Source: a virus. From it: a DNA stretch of 64,000 bases. Positions 34,411 to 45,285 of the stretch are shown here, in pieces. Location: IMG/VR virus record IMGVR_UViG_3300027770_000029, one strand, 5' to 3'. The position numbers were made by a program, and so were the translations under genes. Each line of letters starts with the position of its first letter. Position 1 is the first letter of the stretch. Under the pieces are notes generated by a model that was given only the letters and a program-made list of their open reading frames with translations, was not told where the DNA came from and did no database searches.

Positions 34411-37400
34411 TGTCAGCAGATTTTCGCGCAAGACAGATACGCGTTAACCAGATCATCAACTCTGGAAGCACTGCATCTTCACCGCTTCTGATCTATGGGC
34501 TTGGTTCTGCAACGGATCAGTCAGGTGGGTTCTTCGCATCACATTTCACGACCGGATCTGATACCTGGCTTTTCATTTCAGGAACTGCAGGTTCTAAAAA
34601 TTCATCATCTCGTGGAGTTGTCACTTTCAAGGGTGACGTCGTCATTTCAGGTACAATCTACAACTCAGCGGGCGCGTCATATTCTGTCGGAGGAGGGGGC
34701 GGAGGCACAAGCAACTGGAATGAGCTTTCCCCATCCCCACGTCTCAACTCAACCGCTTCAGTATCCATTGCGGGAGCTCTGGGGTCAAGTTACGCAGCCC
34801 AGAACGCCGGTTCCGATGTATTCTTCTTTGTCAGCGGAACATCTGGCATTACTGATGCTACTGCTAGAAAGTCTGTGTTCGGTGGCGATGTCGTCATCTC
34901 TGGATCACATTACGTAATTGGTAACGTAACGGGAACAAACGCTCAATTTTCGGGTGACGTTGCGGTCGACGGTGGAGATATTACCACAACTGCGTCAACG
35001 TTTAACCTTGCAACTTCAGCAACAACTCTCAACCTCGGATCAAGCACAAGCAGGGTCGTAGTTCCGGGCGATCTTGAAGTCCAGGGAACGACTGTAACTG
35101 TTGACGCTTCCAATATCACGGTTGAAGATCCGCTCATAGGTCTTGGTTTCACCACCGGATCGGTGGCTGGATCAGCTGGAGATCGTGGATTCATCGGTGG
35201 TATCACGGGAGCTGGTAACAATGTCGCTTTTGCATGGTCGAACAACAGCGGGTCATTTGTCGCCACAAAGACAACATCCACTCCCGGCGCAACTGCAATT
35301 GCTGTTAGCAGCTTGCAGCCGATCAGAGCTTCATCTCTTCAAGTCAACGGAACAACAGCTTTTATTACGTCTTCAGACGGTTCGACGCTAGTTGCCAGCG
35401 GAACTGCAGTCCAGCTGAAAGCTGCTTCTGGAAATACGGTTAAATTCTTTGAAGCTGAGTCTGAGTACATCTCTTTTTCAAGATCTGGTGGTTCATCAGC
35501 TCTCATTCGATCGACAGAAGCTGCTTTTCCGTCGTTGTATCTCTCTGGCAGCTCAGTCCACATTGATTCGTACTCTGGTCTTACATGGTTTGATTCGAAT
35601 TCCAACGGCGGACTTGCGGTTGATAGCTCCAACTTATTCAGCCCAAAGATACTTGGAAGATTACAGTCAGGAACACCGGTAAATCTCACGATTAGTGGAT
35701 CTACCCTAACGCTTGGATCTAACGACGGTCAAATCTTACTTTATCGCGGAGCTTCAGAGTTTCTTCGAGCGACCTACGACGGCGCAAGTGACTCTGTCAT
35801 CTCAGCTCAATCCCTAAACTTAAGCGTTGGCGGAACAGCTTCGACTCAGCTAAGCGGTTCAACAGTCTCTATTAATCACGGCGCTGGTGTTATCAACTTC
35901 CAGCGTCATGGAACTAATTTCGCAACAATTAGCAGCGGATCGGGAGATCTTACATCACTCGCAGCTGCAGCCGGTAAGACGTTTCAGATCGGCGGAACGG
36001 GTTTAACCAAGCTAACCGGTAGCTTGCTATCAATCACTGCAGGCTCTCAGGGAATTGGATTTGAGAAAGACAACTCTCAGTTTTTGAGTGTTGTTAGCGG
36101 CTCAGGACAGAACGCTACCATCAGCGCTTACACTGGTAAGAGCCTCTCTATCAATAGCGACTCTGCTGTAACGATCAGCGGTTCAAGCGTTCAGGTAACA
36201 GGCTCACTTATTGCGCAGAATATAACTGGGTCTCTTAGAAAGACTACTGGCGGTCTTGATTTCATCACCGGAAGCGGTGTAACCGTCAACTACAATTCTT
36301 CCGGACAGTGGGAACTCACTGCTTCAGGCGGTGGCGGTGGGTCTCCGGGTGGATCCGACACTTACGTTCAATTTAATGATGGTGGAACAACATTCGGTGG
36401 TGACAGCGGTCTAACTTACAATAAGACGACTGATACTCTGACTGGTGTCACGATCAAAGCAACTGGTGGATTGAGCGGATCACTCAGAAGCTTAACGGAC
36501 GGTACACCTTACCTTGTTGCAAGCTCATCCAGCGCCATGGCACAGACAGGAAGCATCTCGATTACTTCGGGATCCGCCAACGGTCAGGTCACTGTTAACT
36601 CTTACGTTTTCCCGAGTGATCTTTCAGTTTCTTTGACTGGTGGAAGAACTTTTGGAAGATACGCAACCGGTACCACGATCCCAGCAACTGGAAAGACACC
36701 TGCGGAAGTCATCCTCCTTGCAATTGCAGAGCCTATCAATCCGACCGTGAATCTTACTCCAACAAACCCGATCACTTCCACATTCGGTATCTCCGGGTCA
36801 ATCACAACATCCATCACTGGAAGTTATACGATCAACACTCTCGGCGCAACAGTCTCGACAGCAGCGCTTCAGTTCAGAAGCGGCTCAACAGGGGCTTGGA
36901 CGACTCTGACAAGCGCAACGACAAATCCTCTGTACTACGATCACACTTTCACGGTTGGTTCTTTCTTCACCACAATTCTCAACTACCAGTACATCATAAC
37001 TGACAGCGCGGGAGCTACGCTCACAACTGCCGTGAACTTGACTCCACAAGCTTATGCCGCTCCGACAATGGCGCTCACTGTCACGACCACGACAGGTGGT
37101 GGGTTCTCAAACGAGACAAACACGCTTCGAGAGCGTGGAAATGTCGGTTCAACAATCACCGGCACCATTACCAGGAACAGGTCGAACGCGCCAATTTCAA
37201 GTTACTCTGTTCAGTATCAGGTCAATGGAACGGGAGGTTGGACAGACGTTCCAGGTTTGAGCGCAGTTCCTGTCTCGGGTAACCCATCCTCAATCTCAAT
37301 TCCTTCGACAAGCCACAACGACTCTTCTCTCAACACGTCCACGTCGTTGCTCTACAGAGTCCAAGTTGTTGATGCTTACCAGACTTCAACATCAGGAAGC

Positions 37401-37763
37401 ACAACAATCACGTTCCAGTACGGAATCTTCTACGGTCCTTCCGCTTCCGCCCCAGTGAACTCTGCAAACGTCAGAGCACTTGGAACAAAGACGCTGGTGA
37501 GCGCCGGTGGCACCACGCAGCTTGATACTGGAAATACCCAAGTCAACTTCACCATGGCGCTGCCAACCACGGTTGCGGCATCAGACACCATCTCTTCCGT
37601 AACCGATCTGGACGCCTTGAACGCTGACATCACATCGAGCTACGTGCTCTCCACGTTCAACGTGAATGATGGTGGTGGTACTGCTGTTTCGTACAAGGTC
37701 TACACTATGACAATCGCTTCCCCGTACGCCTCGAGTCACCGTCACTCGATCGTAAGGGCATAA
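34410..37763 (+). CDS. Large Ser/Thr/Gly-rich tail-fibre-like structural protein
   Basis: 1117 aa; repeated SGS units; QFNDGGTTFGG; C-terminal Ig-like repeats. Confidence 0.75.
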   Translation: MSADFRARQIRVNQIINSGSTASSPLLIYGLGSATDQSGGFFASHFTTGSDTWLFISGTAGSKNSSSRGVVTFKGDVVISGTIYNSAGASYSVGGGGGGTSNWNELSPSPRLNSTASVSIAGALGSSYAAQNAGSDVFFFVSGTSGITDATARKSVFGGDVVISGSHYVIGNVTGTNAQFSGDVAVDGGDITTTASTFNLATSATTLNLGSSTSRVVVPGDLEVQGTTVTVDASNITVEDPLIGLGFTTGSVAGSAGDRGFIGGITGAGNNVAFAWSNNSGSFVATKTTSTPGATAIAVSSLQPIRASSLQVNGTTAFITSSDGSTLVASGTAVQLKAASGNTVKFFEAESEYISFSRSGGSSALIRSTEAAFPSLYLSGSSVHIDSYSGLTWFDSNSNGGLAVDSSNLFSPKILGRLQSGTPVNLTISGSTLTLGSNDGQILLYRGASEFLRATYDGASDSVISAQSLNLSVGGTASTQLSGSTVSINHGAGVINFQRHGTNFATISSGSGDLTSLAAAAGKTFQIGGTGLTKLTGSLLSITAGSQGIGFEKDNSQFLSVVSGSGQNATISAYTGKSLSINSDSAVTISGSSVQVTGSLIAQNITGSLRKTTGGLDFITGSGVTVNYNSSGQWELTASGGGGGSPGGSDTYVQFNDGGTTFGGDSGLTYNKTTDTLTGVTIKATGGLSGSLRSLTDGTPYLVASSSSAMAQTGSISITSGSANGQVTVNSYVFPSDLSVSLTGGRTFGRYATGTTIPATGKTPAEVILLAIAEPINPTVNLTPTNPITSTFGISGSITTSITGSYTINTLGATVSTAALQFRSGSTGAWTTLTSATTNPLYYDHTFTVGSFFTTILNYQYIITDSAGATLTTAVNLTPQAYAAPTMALTVTTTTGGGFSNETNTLRERGNVGSTITGTITRNRSNAPISSYSVQYQVNGTGGWTDVPGLSAVPVSGNPSSISIPSTSHNDSSLNTSTSLLYRVQVVDAYQTSTSGSTTITFQYGIFYGPSASAPVNSANVRALGTKTLVSAGGTTQLDTGNTQVNFTMALPTTVAASDTISSVTDLDALNADITSSYVLSTFNVNDGGGTAVSYKVYTMTIASPYASSHRHSIVRA

Positions 37764-37775
37764 TTAGAGAGCAGC

Positions 37776-38687
37776 ATGCCAGTAACTCCCGGACTTCAGC
37801 TACCATATGGAATCCAGCCAGTCAATGCTGTTCCAGTTGACTCGTACTCGGGACCATTCACTGGTTCCGCCGACACCGTTCCATCTGCTCTCACCGCAGC
37901 AAACGCTGGCATTCCATCCGCTCTTAGATTTAAGTCGATGGAAGTTCGACTCATCGTCAGCGGATCCTCAAAAAAGTACTGGTATCGTGATGGTGTAGCT
38001 GACGCCAACTTAATCGAGTTTGTTTCCCCTCCAACGGGATCAAACACACAGATACAGTTTAATGACAATGGAGTTCTTGGAGCTTCTTCTGGTCTTGTAT
38101 TCGCAACGGGATCAAACTCATTAACAATCTCGGGAGATCTTGCAGTTGACGGCGGCGACATCACGAGCTCAGCATCATCAACCACAATATTTGCGACAGG
38201 AGTGAGCTCGGTTGCGATCGGTGGGGCTGCTTCAACAATATCGTTCGGAAATTCCAGCAACGCTAACGGATTCACGCTCAACGTTGCAGCAAGCAGGACT
38301 GGCTCGATTGGTATTAATCTGGCTACTGGGGCGACGGTCTCAGGTCTCATAAAGAACATTAACATCGGTCAGGGCGGAGATCAAGGGTCGACAACAAATA
38401 TCAGGATCGGGACGACTGACACAGCTGGGACTTCCAACATTTATATGTCGGGTTCCTTGTACATCACCGGTTCAGTCGGAATGAAAGGATCCATCGTTCC
38501 TGACGCTCACAACACATACACTCTTGGAACTGATGCGATACGTTGGGCTCACATATACACAGGCGACCTTCACCTTCGAAACGAGCGCGGCGACTGGACT
38601 GTGATCGAGGAAAACGACTTCCTCAGAATTGTAAACAACAAGACTGGAAAAAACTACAAGATGTTGATGCAATTAATCGACGAATAA
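37776..38687 (+). CDS. Tail-fibre-like protein with C-terminal WAHIYTGDLHLRNE module
   Basis: Shares modules with 34410 and 38734. Confidence 0.75.
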   Translation: MPVTPGLQLPYGIQPVNAVPVDSYSGPFTGSADTVPSALTAANAGIPSALRFKSMEVRLIVSGSSKKYWYRDGVADANLIEFVSPPTGSNTQIQFNDNGVLGASSGLVFATGSNSLTISGDLAVDGGDITSSASSTTIFATGVSSVAIGGAASTISFGNSSNANGFTLNVAASRTGSIGINLATGATVSGLIKNINIGQGGDQGSTTNIRIGTTDTAGTSNIYMSGSLYITGSVGMKGSIVPDAHNTYTLGTDAIRWAHIYTGDLHLRNERGDWTVIEENDFLRIVNNKTGKNYKMLMQLIDE

Positions 38688-38733
38688 CCGTATTCGTTGA
38701 TAGTTAGAGATGAACTGAAATTGGAGTGATATC

Positions 38734-40842
38734 ATGGCTTTCGTAGGTAGTTTATCTGGTTCGCTGGGAACCATCGCAGTAACTGGTTCACTGATTCCTG
38801 TGTCTGCAACGAATGACATCGGCTCTTCGGCGAATAAGTGGCAAACCGTTTACGCAACGAATATAACGGGCTCGCTTACAAGACTTGCGGGTGGGGGAGA
38901 GTACCTCAAGCCGGGCAGCAACATCACGCTCACAACGGGCTCGGACGGCTCGGTCACCATCGCATCGACAGGCGGCGGTGGCGGCGGTGCACCTACAGTC
39001 TTCAGCGAAGCTAGCGCAGCTGCAGCTTACACGACGTCGTCCATCGCGATCGGTTTCAGCTCTGCGGCTAACTCCAAAGGATCAGACGTATTCTTTGCAG
39101 TTTCAAGCAGCAACCCAGCCGTCAACACGTCCGTGTTCTCCGGTCCGATCGTAGGCTCTGGGTCGTTCACTCTCAAAGATATTTTTTCGGGTCTTCCTGT
39201 AGCTAGTATCGACGGTTTGGGTGTCATCAGCGGCTCTGGCCTTCAGTCCGCCGGAAACCTGTCCGTCCAGGGAACAAGCGCTCTGATTGGAAATGTCACA
39301 GTCACGGGAGACGTTGCCGTCAACGGTGGAGACATAACAACCACCGCTGGAACGTTCAACGTAGCTTCTTCCGCTACAACAGTTAACCTCGGTTCAAGCA
39401 CCGGTAGGGTTGTAATCCCTGGTGATCTCGAAGTCCAGGGAGTGACAACAACCGTATCTTCCAGTAACCTAATCATCAAAGACCCTCTCGTTGGATTTGG
39501 ATTTGCTTCCGGAGCTTTTCCGGCAAGCAGCACTGGAGACCGCGGGTTCATCGGCGGGTACACCGGATCTGGTAACAGCAACGTTGCTTTCGGATACTCT
39601 CTTTCGAACACGGCGTTCGTAGCTACTAAGACAAATTCTGACTCTACGTCAACCACGTTTAACGTAGCCGACCTCCAGCCGATCAGGGCTTCTAGGTTCC
39701 AGGTCAGCGGTTCGACTGCAGAGCTGAAGGGTAACGGCACTTCGATCCAGCTAAGCGGCTCGCAGGTTGAACTCTTTGCGGATGTTGCGGGTACGAACCA
39801 CTACAGCAATGGCACCAACTTCCTCAATGTCGGTCTTGCAGGAAGCAATGTCAATATAACTGGACAGAGCACATACGATCTCACCCTGAGAGCGGCAGGC
39901 AACGTCAACCTCAGCGGTAGCACCGCGGTCGTTCAGCACGATGCTGGAAACAACTTCACCATCAAGACAATACAGGGTGGAAACTACGTTCGACTGCTCT
40001 CGGGTTCTATCACTGCAGGAACCGGCGGTTCGGCGGCTGGTGAAGGAAACACCGCAATCCTACGTGGTCTCAGCGCAACCTCCTTGGTTCTTGAAGCGGC
40101 AAGTGCAAAGAATACGATCGTCAGCGGCTCGACCGTCTACGCCAATACTGTCGGATCCAACGGCTTCGTTGTTCAGAGTGCCGGGTCCGATTTGTTCAAG
40201 ACGTGGTCTCCGTCATCGAACGTTGTCTCGCTTGACTCGCAGGGTTCAAACACAACGTTAAACCTTGGGCCCACGATTCCGACCACGATCAACATCGGTA
40301 CTGGAAGCGCAACCACGGTCAGCATCGGAGCTCTTACCGGAAGAACAACGATCAACAATGATCTTTTCCTGGGAACTGGTAACCTCGCAGTTCAAGGAAA
40401 TGGCACTCCGATCACTCTCATCTCAAGCGGAAACATTGTTTCGAAGCTTGACATCAACAATGATGGTACAGGTCATTACTTTGATATCGCGAACTGGAAC
40501 AACGTCAGCCAGTTCAGAGTTTACGAGGACTCAGGAGCTCACGTTTCCGGAACTCTTACGGTCTCTGGATCGACGACTCTGGGACGTTCTGCAAGCGATC
40601 GAGTTACTTTCAACGCAACTGTTAACTCCAATATCCTCCCTGCGGCTGATGTCACCCACACACTGGGTTCTTCAGACTTCCGCTGGGCTCACATATACAC
40701 CGGAGACTTGCACCTTCGCAATGAGCGTGGTGACTACACCCTAATCGAGGAACCTGACTTCCTCTCCATCCGCTTCAACAAGAACGGTAAGAGATACAAG
40801 TTCCTCCTTGAGAGAGTTCCGGAGCTTGATGAGAGCAGGTGA
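38734..40842 (+). CDS. Tail-fibre-like protein with C-terminal WAHIYTGDLHLRNE module
   Basis: 702 aa; shares modules with 34410 and 37776. Confidence 0.75.
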   Translation: MAFVGSLSGSLGTIAVTGSLIPVSATNDIGSSANKWQTVYATNITGSLTRLAGGGEYLKPGSNITLTTGSDGSVTIASTGGGGGGAPTVFSEASAAAAYTTSSIAIGFSSAANSKGSDVFFAVSSSNPAVNTSVFSGPIVGSGSFTLKDIFSGLPVASIDGLGVISGSGLQSAGNLSVQGTSALIGNVTVTGDVAVNGGDITTTAGTFNVASSATTVNLGSSTGRVVIPGDLEVQGVTTTVSSSNLIIKDPLVGFGFASGAFPASSTGDRGFIGGYTGSGNSNVAFGYSLSNTAFVATKTNSDSTSTTFNVADLQPIRASRFQVSGSTAELKGNGTSIQLSGSQVELFADVAGTNHYSNGTNFLNVGLAGSNVNITGQSTYDLTLRAAGNVNLSGSTAVVQHDAGNNFTIKTIQGGNYVRLLSGSITAGTGGSAAGEGNTAILRGLSATSLVLEAASAKNTIVSGSTVYANTVGSNGFVVQSAGSDLFKTWSPSSNVVSLDSQGSNTTLNLGPTIPTTINIGTGSATTVSIGALTGRTTINNDLFLGTGNLAVQGNGTPITLISSGNIVSKLDINNDGTGHYFDIANWNNVSQFRVYEDSGAHVSGTLTVSGSTTLGRSASDRVTFNATVNSNILPAADVTHTLGSSDFRWAHIYTGDLHLRNERGDYTLIEEPDFLSIRFNKNGKRYKFLLERVPELDESR

Positions 40843-40861
40843 TCGAAACCTGATATGATCT

Positions 40862-40886
40862 CGGCCGGCTAACCACCGGCCGTTTT
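40862..40886 (+). terminator. Rho-independent terminator
   Basis: CGGCCGG...CCGGCCG followed by TTTT. Confidence 0.7.
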
Positions 40887-40916
40887 CATTTGTGAAGAGG
40901 CTTGCTATAATTGTTC

Positions 40917-41828
40917 ATGTTCAGCAGCCCATTTACAGAGCCGAAGAAGCCTGAGTTTAAGATAGTATTTGTCCAAGACTTTTTTCTCTCTGATCTTGTC
41001 GGAGGAGCTGAGTTGTCGATGGACGCTCTTCATAGATCAGCTCCAGTCCCATTTGCTGGGATCAGGTCAGGTCAGGTCACCCTGGAGATGATAGAGACTC
41101 ACCGGGACTGTCACTGGGTTTTTGGGAATTTTGCTCAACTGAATCCAGCACTTATCCAGTACTTTTCAGTGTCTAAAATTAGCTACTCCGTATTCGAGCA
41201 TGACTATAAGTTTTGTAGATGGAGATCGGTAGAGAGGCATCTGACCGAGGGAGGAGAGGAATGTCACTGTGAGTCTGAGATCTGGGGCAAGCTCATTGAG
41301 AGATTCTACATTAACGCGAAGCAAGTCTGGTTCTGTTCCCAGCGTCATATGCAGCGGTATTTTGACAGATTTCCAAGTCTAAAAACAGCTAACTGTGAAG
41401 TTCTATCTGCAGTATTTGGAGAGGACTTTTTTCTCAAGATTGTTCCTCTTATCGAGTCGATACCTTCCAGAAAGAAAGCTGGGTGGTTGACTCTCGACTC
41501 TGATTCTTGGATCAAGGGAACTGATGATGCTAAGAAGTGGCTGGTAGAAAACAATAAAGAACACACTCTGATCAAGAACCTATCACCTGATCAAGTCCTT
41601 GAGCTGATGGCAAACTCTGAAGGTTTTGTTTGCCTTCCTCGTGGTGCTGACGTTTCAAATCGAATGGTAACCGAAGCGCGTCTTCTTGGATGTCAGATCG
41701 TTACTAACGAGAACGTCCAACATGTCGGAGAGGAGTGGCTTGAGAATCCTGATGTGAACTTCACTCTTCAGTGGCTCTATAATAGAAGAGAAGTTTTTTG
41801 GAAGAGAACTTTGGAGTTTGTATCTTGA
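40917..41828 (+). CDS. Putative glycosyltransferase (GT-B-like)
   Basis: GGAELS N-terminus; FVCLP...RMVTEARLLGC. Confidence 0.7.
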   Translation: MFSSPFTEPKKPEFKIVFVQDFFLSDLVGGAELSMDALHRSAPVPFAGIRSGQVTLEMIETHRDCHWVFGNFAQLNPALIQYFSVSKISYSVFEHDYKFCRWRSVERHLTEGGEECHCESEIWGKLIERFYINAKQVWFCSQRHMQRYFDRFPSLKTANCEVLSAVFGEDFFLKIVPLIESIPSRKKAGWLTLDSDSWIKGTDDAKKWLVENNKEHTLIKNLSPDQVLELMANSEGFVCLPRGADVSNRMVTEARLLGCQIVTNENVQHVGEEWLENPDVNFTLQWLYNRREVFWKRTLEFVS

Positions 41829-42583
41829 CTCGGTTCATGATAACTGTCCCGGTGAGAAATGCAGGTCCCTGGATACAGAGATGCCTTGACTCGGTTGCAA
41901 GTCAGCAGTATGAAGGAGACTGGACCTGCGCTGTGATCGATGATGCATCGACCGATGACACATGGGAAAAAATAGTTTCCTACATCAATCTTCTTGGACC
42001 TGATCTCTCGAAAAAGTTTCTTATGAAAAGAAACAGCTCACGTCTTGGAATAATGAGAAACTTTATCGAAGGATACAAGATGCAATCTTGTGAAAGCTTT
42101 CCTGAAGCTGTTCTCATCAACCTGGACGGAGATGACTGGCTCTATAGCCCCGCAGTCCTTCACATCTTAGATTATGCTTACAGATCAACTGGATGTCTGG
42201 TTACGTGGGGAAGTTACGTTGAGTGGCCCTTTGGAGAGGTTGGAAAGTTTAGCACACCAATCGACCCTAGCCTTCATCTCAGCGGCAATTACAGAAAGGC
42301 TCAGTGGAGCACGTCGCATCTAAGGACGTACAAGTCCCATCTGTGGTCAAAGATTAGAGATGAGGATTTCAAAGACAACAACGGCAATTACTTTATGGCA
42401 AGCTGCGATCTAGCGATCATGTTTCCTCTGATCGAGATGGCAAGGGAGAGATCTTGCTTCATACCGAACATTCTTCTTTGCTACAATCGCATGAATCCCG
42501 CAGCCGAGCATCTGAGCTCAAGAAATGAGCAGCTCTCGAATGAGGCTCTGATCAGATCAAGGAAGCCGTACGATAAGATCTGA
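41825..42583 (+). CDS. GT2 glycosyltransferase
   Basis: VPVRN, IDDAST, NLDGDD. Confidence 0.9.
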   Translation: MTRFMITVPVRNAGPWIQRCLDSVASQQYEGDWTCAVIDDASTDDTWEKIVSYINLLGPDLSKKFLMKRNSSRLGIMRNFIEGYKMQSCESFPEAVLINLDGDDWLYSPAVLHILDYAYRSTGCLVTWGSYVEWPFGEVGKFSTPIDPSLHLSGNYRKAQWSTSHLRTYKSHLWSKIRDEDFKDNNGNYFMASCDLAIMFPLIEMARERSCFIPNILLCYNRMNPAAEHLSSRNEQLSNEALIRSRKPYDKI

Positions 42584-42661
42584 GAGATAATCAGCAAAAC
42601 AACGGAACAACCAGCTTTGTCGTTGTAGAGTTGAATGAAAATATCCAAACAAAGGAGAAGC

Positions 42662-43516
42662 ATGCAAAAAGACCAGAAGCTTATTTTAGTCACTGGCGGA
42701 ACCGGTTTTCTTGGCGAAAAGTTAGTTGAGAAGCTCCTTTCTCAAGGAGATAGAGTGAGAATTATCTCAAGAAACGAGGGAAAGCTCATTATGCTCAAGG
42801 AGCGATTCCCAAGCATCGAAATTTTTACCGGTGATATCGCGAATGAATTTGACTCGCATCAAGCGTGCAAGGGAGTCAACGCGGTTTACCATTTAGCTGC
42901 TTACAAGCATGTTGGGATGGCTGAGAAGCACGGTCTTGAGTGCACTAGAAGCAATGTTGTCGGAACTATCAACATTCTCAATGAGTCTTTGCGGAATAAG
43001 TTTGATTTTGTGATTGGAATTAGCACTGATAAGGCGGCCCAAGTCTCTGGAACCTACGGAGCTACAAAGCTTCTCATGGAAAGACTTTTCCTTCAGTTTG
43101 AAGAGCTAAATCCTGACACTAAGTACCGAATCGTCCGGTATGGAAACGTCCTCTACTCTACTGGTTCGGTGCTTTGTAAGTGGAAGGATAAGATCCAGAA
43201 TGGTGAACAGGTAATAGTAACGGAGCCCACTGCAACTCGTTTTTTCTGGACTCGAGAGCAAGCCATCGATCTGATCTTTCAGTGCTTAAGAGAGGCCAAG
43301 AATTCCAGTCCTTGGGTTCCTGAGATGAAAGCGATGAGTGTTGGAGATCTTCTTGATGCGATGATCAAGAAGTACGCTAAAGCTGGTACTACGATAGACG
43401 TCAAGACGATCGGTCTCCAGCAAGGAGAGAATCTTCACGAGAAGATACTCGAGCAGGGTCCAAGCTCAAACGATGTTGAGAGATTCACTTTGCAAGAAAT
43501 CATGGAACTGATCTAA
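42662..43516 (+). CDS. UDP-GlcNAc 4,6-dehydratase-like (CapD/PseB family)
   Basis: GGTGFLG, ISTDKA, YGATK, VRYGNV. Confidence 0.9.
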   Translation: MQKDQKLILVTGGTGFLGEKLVEKLLSQGDRVRIISRNEGKLIMLKERFPSIEIFTGDIANEFDSHQACKGVNAVYHLAAYKHVGMAEKHGLECTRSNVVGTINILNESLRNKFDFVIGISTDKAAQVSGTYGATKLLMERLFLQFEELNPDTKYRIVRYGNVLYSTGSVLCKWKDKIQNGEQVIVTEPTATRFFWTREQAIDLIFQCLREAKNSSPWVPEMKAMSVGDLLDAMIKKYAKAGTTIDVKTIGLQQGENLHEKILEQGPSSNDVERFTLQEIMELI

Positions 43517-45285
43517 TGACAAAAATCAGGCACATTATACCGCTATGCGATGAAACTCTAGACGCCGTAAGGGTCACCTCTTATCTGTTCGAGAAGTACT
43601 GGCCTGGTCATGAGATCGATTTTATCGGGTTCTCTCATCCAAGCTACACTCTTCCAGAAAATCACAGGTTCATCTCGATTGCTCCGAAGCAAGAGGGAGG
43701 ATCTAAGAAGTGGACGAGATATATCGCTGAGTACGTCAATAGTGTGACTGACGAATTTTTGATCTTCTCGCTGGATGATTTTTTCCCATGCTGCTCGCTT
43801 GATGAGCAGATGTTCTCTGTTATCGTAGAAAAGATGAAAGATAACAGTAACATCGGAAGATTTTGCCTTAGCTACGATGCATTTAATTACTGCTCCCATA
43901 AGCTCGTTGAGATGAGGGACGGATACGGTATAATCTCAATAGACAAGGGAGCTCTCTACAGAATCAGCACTCAACCAGCTCTGTGGAGAAAAGATTACCT
44001 GCTCAAGTTCCTTGAGCATGATTGGTCTCCATGGAACTTTGAGATTGACGGCAGCTACCTTTCGTCAACTTTCAAAGAAGAAGTTTATGGAACCGCTGAC
44101 CCGACTTTCGAAAAAGTTCCCTCGAGATGGGTCAATAAGGGTTCGGTCTCGAGGCAGTGCCCAGGCAGAGTGAACGTTCTTGGACTGTCATTTGAGGCAA
44201 TAATTGACCTGCTAATGAAGGGATTTTACACAGAAAGTCAGCTTCAGTGGGGAATGTGGGGAGGGCCTCAACCTGTTCCTCATTTCTATGATTTAGGTGG
44301 ATTCAGCTTTCATCCGAAATACATGCCGCCGCATGAGGCTTCTCCCTCAAACTGGCGAGAGTTTTATAGGATGTACGAGAAGCCTGATCCTGCTTACGCG
44401 GGGGTAGAGCAACCGATGATTGTCAATCTTTTTGACAAGCATTTTATCCATACGGTAAACTTGCCGGACTACGGGTTTGTCTCTGCGAATGGAGAACCTA
44501 TCCCTCGTACAAAGAAGATCATATATCAACCGTATCATCAAAGCTTTAGAGACTATTCTGGAATTACAATTTTCACAGATCACTTCATTAACAAAGAATT
44601 TGTAAATTCTATCGATTGTAAGACCAAGATAGCCTGGATCATGGAGCCTCCTGAAATTCATGGTTTCGCTTACCAGAATCTGATCGGAATGATTGAAGAC
44701 TTTGATTATGTCTTCACGTTCGATCAGAGGTTGATCGACAAGTACAAAAATTGCCGTCTCATGCCCCTCTCTCACGTTAGAATTAAAGAAGAAGAGTGGA
44801 AAATTCATAATAAGAGCAAGAGAGTTTCTATGATAGCAAGCAACAAGATCATAACGGAGGGTCACGCTCTTCGTCATGAGATCGCAAAAAAGCTATCTGA
44901 AAAGCACGGGATAGATCTTTGGGGAAGCGGTTATAACCCATTCCCAGTTCATGGTGCTGTTAATGCTCTAAAAGATTACATGTTCTCCATTGTGATTGAG
45001 AACGTAAAGATGGATACTTGGTTCGCAAAAATAGCGGATTCTATGATAACTGGGACAGTTCCAATTTTCTGGGGCAGCCAGAAAGTGAATGAACATTTCA
45101 ATGAAAGAGGAATCATTCACTTTAATTCTTTAGAAGAACTTGACAGTATCCTCGAAAATCTGACGGAAGATGATTACTATTCTCGTATGGATTACATCAA
45201 AGAAAATTTTGAGATTGTCAAGAAGAGCTTCTGGAACACTGACGAACAGATCTATAACACAATCAAGAGCGTGATGAATGAGTAA
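43516..45285 (+). CDS. Two-domain glycosyltransferase (N-terminal GT-A-like, C-terminal GT10-like)
   Basis: FSLDDF...STQPALW..WNFE; YMFSIVIEN...KI.D. Confidence 0.75.
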   Translation: MTKIRHIIPLCDETLDAVRVTSYLFEKYWPGHEIDFIGFSHPSYTLPENHRFISIAPKQEGGSKKWTRYIAEYVNSVTDEFLIFSLDDFFPCCSLDEQMFSVIVEKMKDNSNIGRFCLSYDAFNYCSHKLVEMRDGYGIISIDKGALYRISTQPALWRKDYLLKFLEHDWSPWNFEIDGSYLSSTFKEEVYGTADPTFEKVPSRWVNKGSVSRQCPGRVNVLGLSFEAIIDLLMKGFYTESQLQWGMWGGPQPVPHFYDLGGFSFHPKYMPPHEASPSNWREFYRMYEKPDPAYAGVEQPMIVNLFDKHFIHTVNLPDYGFVSANGEPIPRTKKIIYQPYHQSFRDYSGITIFTDHFINKEFVNSIDCKTKIAWIMEPPEIHGFAYQNLIGMIEDFDYVFTFDQRLIDKYKNCRLMPLSHVRIKEEEWKIHNKSKRVSMIASNKIITEGHALRHEIAKKLSEKHGIDLWGSGYNPFPVHGAVNALKDYMFSIVIENVKMDTWFAKIADSMITGTVPIFWGSQKVNEHFNERGIIHFNSLEELDSILENLTEDDYYSRMDYIKENFEIVKKSFWNTDEQIYNTIKSVMNE

